DNA from: Eledone cirrhosa | Lineage: Eukaryota | Assembly: GCA_964016885.1 (NCBI GenBank) | Contig: OZ024747.1 | Span: 4,898,001-4,962,000, forward strand | Direction of reading: 5' to 3' | Length of the DNA: 64,000 bases | Part shown: positions 58,331 to 64,000 of the stretch, in pieces | Layout: each line of letters begins with the position of its first letter | How positions within the stretch are numbered: position 1 is the stretch's first letter | Notes under the pieces: generated by a model | Databases searched by the model: none | The model's input: the letters and a program-made list of their open reading frames with translations, nothing else | Told to the model about the DNA's origin: nothing | Made by a program: the position numbers and the translations under genes

Positions 58331-58959
58331 CATACATACACACACACAGTGAAAGTGTGTGTGCATATGTGCGTGTATGTATGATTGTATGTGTGTTTTC
58401 AGGTGCCCTGTGTGTGTATGTGCTTGTATGTATGGCTGTATGTGTGTCTGCAGGCGTGTGTGTGTGTGTGTGCTTCCTTTACATTATATAACAAACAATA
58501 TGTTACATTCTTAAGTTCAACGACCTTTTCTAGGCGATAAACTCCGTAAATTTTAATGTTACCAACAAACTGTTCAGAACGTATATACATCACTTCAATC
58601 TTTACTTGGTTTATCGATCACTAATCGTCGATTAGACAATTGCAAATATAAACAGTCACACACATATGTATTCACACACGCAGACACACACAGACACGCA
58701 AGCACACGCAAACACACACACACACGCAGGCACAAAGACCCCCCCCCACACACACACACACACACACAGAGACACACTCGCATGCACACATACACACGAT
58801 GTACATTCAATTTTAAACGAAATAGATTCGCTGTCTCCGAGTGGCTGTTAATTCGTTTATGTACGTAAGTGTATATACATATACATATATATATATATGC
58901 ATATATATATATATGTATATGTATATATGTATATATATATATATATATATATGCATATA

Positions 58960-59146
58960 CAATATATTAATAAATGGAAACTATATTTATAAAACCATAA
59001 TTATTTTATTATATATATTTCAAGGGCGACCAAGGTAAATTATGGTGCGCTTTCATCAGATAAAATACAGATTTGTTTTATAAATAAATATTGACAATCC
59101 CGGAAAAAAGACAACCTCAACGGTTGAAATTCGCTGGATAGCGAAT
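58960..59146 (-). mobile_element. solo terminal fragment of the 45145-48186 Penelope-like family
   Basis: Matches 45235-45420; lies between (TA)n tracts. Confidence 0.85.
59002..59067 (-). ncRNA. minimal type I hammerhead ribozyme
   Basis: Core and stems I and III identical to 45277-45341; changes confined to stem-loop II. Confidence 0.8.
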
Positions 59147-59190
59147 TATATATATATGCATATATATATATATATGTAATATATAAATAT

Positions 59191-59222
<32 letters not shown>

Positions 59223-59227
59223 TTATA

Positions 59228-59300
<73 letters not shown>

Positions 59301-59740
59301 ATGTATATATATATATATATATGATGTTGATCTTTTCTGCTTTTCGGGTTATAGCTACTGTTGCTCAGAGAGTGGGATTGGATCAGTGTACAGGCTTTCT
59401 TCACTTTAAAAAATATCTTCACGCACAGGCATTGCACGATAGAATTAATTAATAATTATTAATAATGGTATATCGTGCAACGGCCATACTCGATAACGAG
59501 GGGGCAGTGATCATATATATATGTGTGTGTGTGTGTATTAAAGTGGTGAGTTTACTCCGTATTATTATTCGGCGTTTCACGATTCGGTGATGAGGCAATA
59601 CCGTGGAATGTAGGATTAGGGAAAATATGTAAAATTCAATCTTGTGTAAAACCTCATGTTACATTAAGTCCTCCAAGAGCCAAACTGAGCTAGAAATCGG
59701 ATCGCAAGGGGCCGGAAAAAATACTAGAAGGTATATTTCG

Positions 59741-59821
59741 TCAACTCATTAGATTAACATTCATGTGGCTGAGTATTCCACAGACATAAAAGTTTCAAGA
59801 AGTTTCAGCATAACACAATGG
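59741..59821. repeat. interspersed repeat, inverted partner at 61577-61657
   Basis: tcaactcatta..attaacattcatgtggctgagtattcc..cagaca..aagtttcaagaagt..cacaatgg. Confidence 0.75.
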
Positions 59822-59916
59822 CTCTGCTGTTGTTGTTTAATCCTAGGTCAGCCTATATATATAGAGAGAGAGAGAATCATTAGAACATCTGACTGATGAA
59901 ATGACAAGTCAGTCAA

Positions 59917-60148
59917 TCATATTGATGGCCTCCCCACTGCCCCGGCGGACAGAATGGAGAAGGCGTTTCCCGGGAGGGTGGCAGGGGAGACGCGCTGGAA
60001 AAGCCACTCCAACTCGCGGGGCTCACACCTGCGGTTGACCAGCTCAGTGCCTATGATGGTGAGTAGGGAGATAGCCCTAGGGCCGAGGACACCAGAAATC
60101 TCCACTGCCAAGGGTACAACCGCAAACCTGTCGGAGAGCGACCAGTAT
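59917..60148 (-). mobile_element. RLE-type (CRE-like) LINE 3' fragment
   Basis: Minus: YWSLSDRFAVVPLAVEISGVLGPRA..RELEWLFQRVSPATLPGNAFSIL, matching the P.AVE..G..G..QR.S....GNA..IL RLE C-terminus. Confidence 0.8.
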
Positions 60149-60149
60149 T

Positions 60150-60325
60150 AGAGGAGTTTGGCCCCCTCAGTCCGACTAAGTGATAACTTATTTTATCGAC
60201 CCAGAGAATGTGAAAAGCAAAACTGACCTGGAGGAGAATGAAATTCAACTCTAAATGCAGTGAACCGAAATAAAAATGCCAAGGCTTTTTGTCCTACGCT
60301 CTAACGAATCTGTAAATTGGACGCC
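60150..60325 (-). mobile_element. old tRNA-derived SINE
   Basis: cttattttatcgaccc..aaaagcaaa..gacc core, degenerate. Confidence 0.6.
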
Positions 60326-60692
60326 ATAGCATCATTCCCAAGGAATATCTCCCCTACTATCTCCCCCTACCACCACTACCCGACCCACCCTCTCGTTACG
60401 CCTCCATATTGTCTAGAGAACAGCCGGAACAGTCGGCTAACACATACAATGGCTTCGCCTCTATTACACAATTGATTGCTCTACTTCCAACTTTTGTTTC
60501 CAATTTGCAACCGTTTCACCATCACACACACACTCTCTCTCTCTCTCTCACACACATACACACACACACACTCTCTCCCTCTCACACATACACACACACA
60601 CACACACTCTCTCTCTCTCACACACACGCACTCTCTCTCTCACACACATACACACACTCACACACACTCTCTCTCTCACACACACACACACA

Positions 60693-60797
<105 letters not shown>

Positions 60798-61716
60798 TCT
60801 CTCTCTCACTTGCTCTCTCACTTTCTCACACACACAGACACTCTCTCTCTTCTCTCTCTCTCTCTCTCACACACACTCACACATACTCTCTCTCTCTCTC
60901 TCACTCACTCTCTCACTTTCTCACACACATACACACACACACTCACACACGCACACTCTCTCTCTCACACACTCACACACACACACACTCTCTCTCTCTC
61001 ACACACACACACTCACTCTCACACACACACACACACACAGACTCTCTCTCTCTCTCTCTTCTCTCTTCTCTCTTCTCTCTCTTTTCTCTCTCTCTATCAC
61101 ACACTCTCTCTCTCTCCTTTCTCTCTTCTCTCTTCTCTCTCTTTTCTCTCTCTCTCTCACACACTCTCTCTCTCTCCTTTCTCTCTCGCTCGCTCTCTCT
61201 CTCACACACAAACACACCATTCTACATAGATAATGATTTCTGTGGAATTGGTAGGATTTGGGTGGAGTAAAGAATGGGGGGGGGCAGCAAGTTTTGGGGT
61301 TTTCAGCTGTAGTAGAGGGCGCTGTCGGGGTTGCGGTGGTGCTGGTGGTAGTGGTGGTGTTTGTGGTGGTGGTGCTGGTGGTGGTGAAGTTGGTGGCGGT
61401 GTTGTCGTTGGTGGCGGTGGTACTGGTAGTGGTGGTGGTGCTGGGGTTGGTGGTGGTCATGGTGTTGTTGTTGGTGTTGACGAAATAACAGTGTGTCACG
61501 CTGTGTCTCCCTGAGAATACATTAAGAATACATGTGTCTGGAATACTCAGCCACTTACGTTAACTTTACGAGTAGGCCATTGTGCTACGCTGAGACTTCT
61601 TGAAACTTTCATGTCTGCGGAATACTCAGCCACATGAATGTTAATTTAATGAGTTGAGGGAATAATTCAATCACTCCTCGTTGAATTCTATGGGCACGAT
61701 AATATGTTCCTTTTAC

Positions 61717-61830
61717 GGACAAAATCAACCGGAAGTAGACTCAGGGACAAAATCAACCGGAAGTAGACTCAGGGACAAAATCAACCGGAAGTAAACTCAG
61801 GGACAAAATCAAGCGGAGGTAGGCTCAGGA
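61717..61830. repeat. 28-bp tandem repeat x4
   Basis: ggacaaaatcaaccggaagtagactcag. Confidence 0.9.
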
Positions 61831-61832
61831 AT

Positions 61833-62047
61833 AGACCCCCAACAAGATAGTTGGATAACATCCATGAGATTGGTTGGTCACGCTTGGGGATCCAACCTGA
61901 TCAATTGGAGGCGTTTGCTTCTGACAGAACCCACTGGAACGAATGCTTCAGGGTTCTGTCTCACATTACATTCACTAGAAGAAGAAGAAGAAGAAGAAGA
62001 AGAAGAAGAAGAAGAAGAAGAAGAAGAAGAAGAAGAAGAAGAAGAAG
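61833..62047 (+). mobile_element. RTE-like LINE 3' end with (GAA)n tail
   Basis: LDNIHEIGWSRLGIQPDQLEAFASDRTHWNEC then (GAA)n; same family as 9598-9785. Confidence 0.65.
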
Positions 62048-62421
62048 AGCATCACAGGCTCTTCTCTCAGAATCTTTTGTCGTAACCAAACACAAACAGA
62101 GCATGCGCCGATCAACATGTCTCCTGATAGCCTCGTGTTAGTGTAAAGACACGCCCCAGTAACTCTGCCTGCTGCTATGCTAATTAATCTGGAACTGGTA
62201 TTAACACCAAACGTACTTCTATTGACATAACCAGCAGAGTTAAAACAAACTGCAAGCTAACCAGTTTCTCAGTGTCCCATACCAGCAAACCTAGACCATG
62301 ACATACATAGGGACATAACTGAAATATATATATATACACACACACACATATATATATATATATGTATATATACACACATATATATATATACACACACACA
62401 CATATATATATATACACACAT

Positions 62422-62476
<55 letters not shown>

Positions 62477-62497
62477 TATATACACACACACACACAC

Positions 62498-62628
<131 letters not shown>

Positions 62629-62799
62629 TATATATATACACATGCATACAAACATGTATATTTACACAGGTTCGAACATGCATGCATATATATACTCATA
62701 CATATATATATGCATACATACAACATGCATACTCACAGGTATACATCTTGTATATACATATATATACATACTATGAAGTTGATGCACACATGTATATAC

Positions 62800-62845
<46 letters not shown>

Positions 62846-62877
62846 GGAGATAGAAATATATATATATGTATATATAT

Positions 62878-62969
<92 letters not shown>

Positions 62970-62996
62970 GTATGTATATATATGCATATATATATA

Positions 62997-63050
<54 letters not shown>

Positions 63051-63060
63051 TATATATATA

Positions 63061-63139
<79 letters not shown>

Positions 63140-63144
63140 ATATA

Positions 63145-63223
<79 letters not shown>

Positions 63224-63228
63224 ATATA

Positions 63229-63299
<71 letters not shown>

Positions 63300-63415
63300 C
63301 CAATCAAGAAGAATGGCAGCCATGTATTTATACGTAATGACATGTTTATTTTAACTACACCCTATCCTACCTTGATTTTCTACATTGAAATCATTAGTTT
63401 TTGTAGATGTAGTCG

Positions 63416-63450
<35 letters not shown>

Positions 63451-63871
63451 GCTGTTGTTGTTGTTGCTGTTGTTGTTGTTGTTGTTTAGTCCTGGGTCAA
63501 CTCCTGGGTTAACGATGTTCCAATGATAGCCAAAGATGATCAAGCAGGTGTCTTTATTTAGATGGTAGAGTGTGATTTTGAGGAAGATGTGGTTGCTATT
63601 TCTAGTTGTTCAAGTGGTTAGATAGGGATTACCTCGTTGATTGTGTTGTCGATGTTGCTGTCATTGTTGTTTAGCCACAGATCAGCTCTGATCGATCGGA
63701 AACACACGCAAGAAACGACATTCACACTTAAAGTAATCTAACTCTTTACACCAAGGGCTGACAACTGTGCATAAAGCGTCTACCAAATAAACTACACATA
63801 CAGACATGTTTTATGTGTATATATATATATATATATATGTGTGTGTATATATATATGTGTGTGTGTATATG

Positions 63872-63919
<48 letters not shown>

Positions 63920-63934
63920 GTGTATATATATATT

Positions 63935-64000
63935 AGATAGGGTGTGGTAAAAACCAGCTAAACCATAACCCACCAGAGTACTCGGTACTTGGAGTAGTGG
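63935..64000 (-). mobile_element. tail of another element related to 36525-36600 (cut by window edge)
   Basis: tgtggtaa..aacca..accataacccaccagagtactc matches tgtggtaaggaacca..accataacgcaccagagtactc. Confidence 0.6.

Overview
AT-rich eukaryotic DNA, intergenic or intronic and saturated with repeats. I could not support any intact host protein-coding gene; nearly all tracked ORFs are translations of microsatellites. The dominant tRNA-derived SINE (core gggtcgataaaataaagtaccagt) and the (TA)n density resemble octopod cephalopod genomes (inference). Conventional content: about 15 SINE copies, a Helitron remnant, Tc1/mariner- and piggyBac-type MITEs, 3' fragments of RTE and RLE LINEs, about ten minisatellites and one 200-N gap. 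The main signal is in the short unique islands between (TA)n tracts. These hold at least 11 complete or near-complete minimal type I hammerhead ribozyme folds from roughly 5-6 sequence families, plus half and degenerate copies. Many lie in fold-back palindromes that put a ribozyme on each strand, and several share a downstream TTGAGTRCTC tail motif. One is a 3-kb inverted-repeat element that keeps the C-terminus of a Penelope-type GIY-YIG endonuclease. Together this points to a diverse (TA)n-associated, hammerhead-bearing Penelope-like retroelement system. Folds were read by eye and activity is untested; repeat boundaries are approximate.
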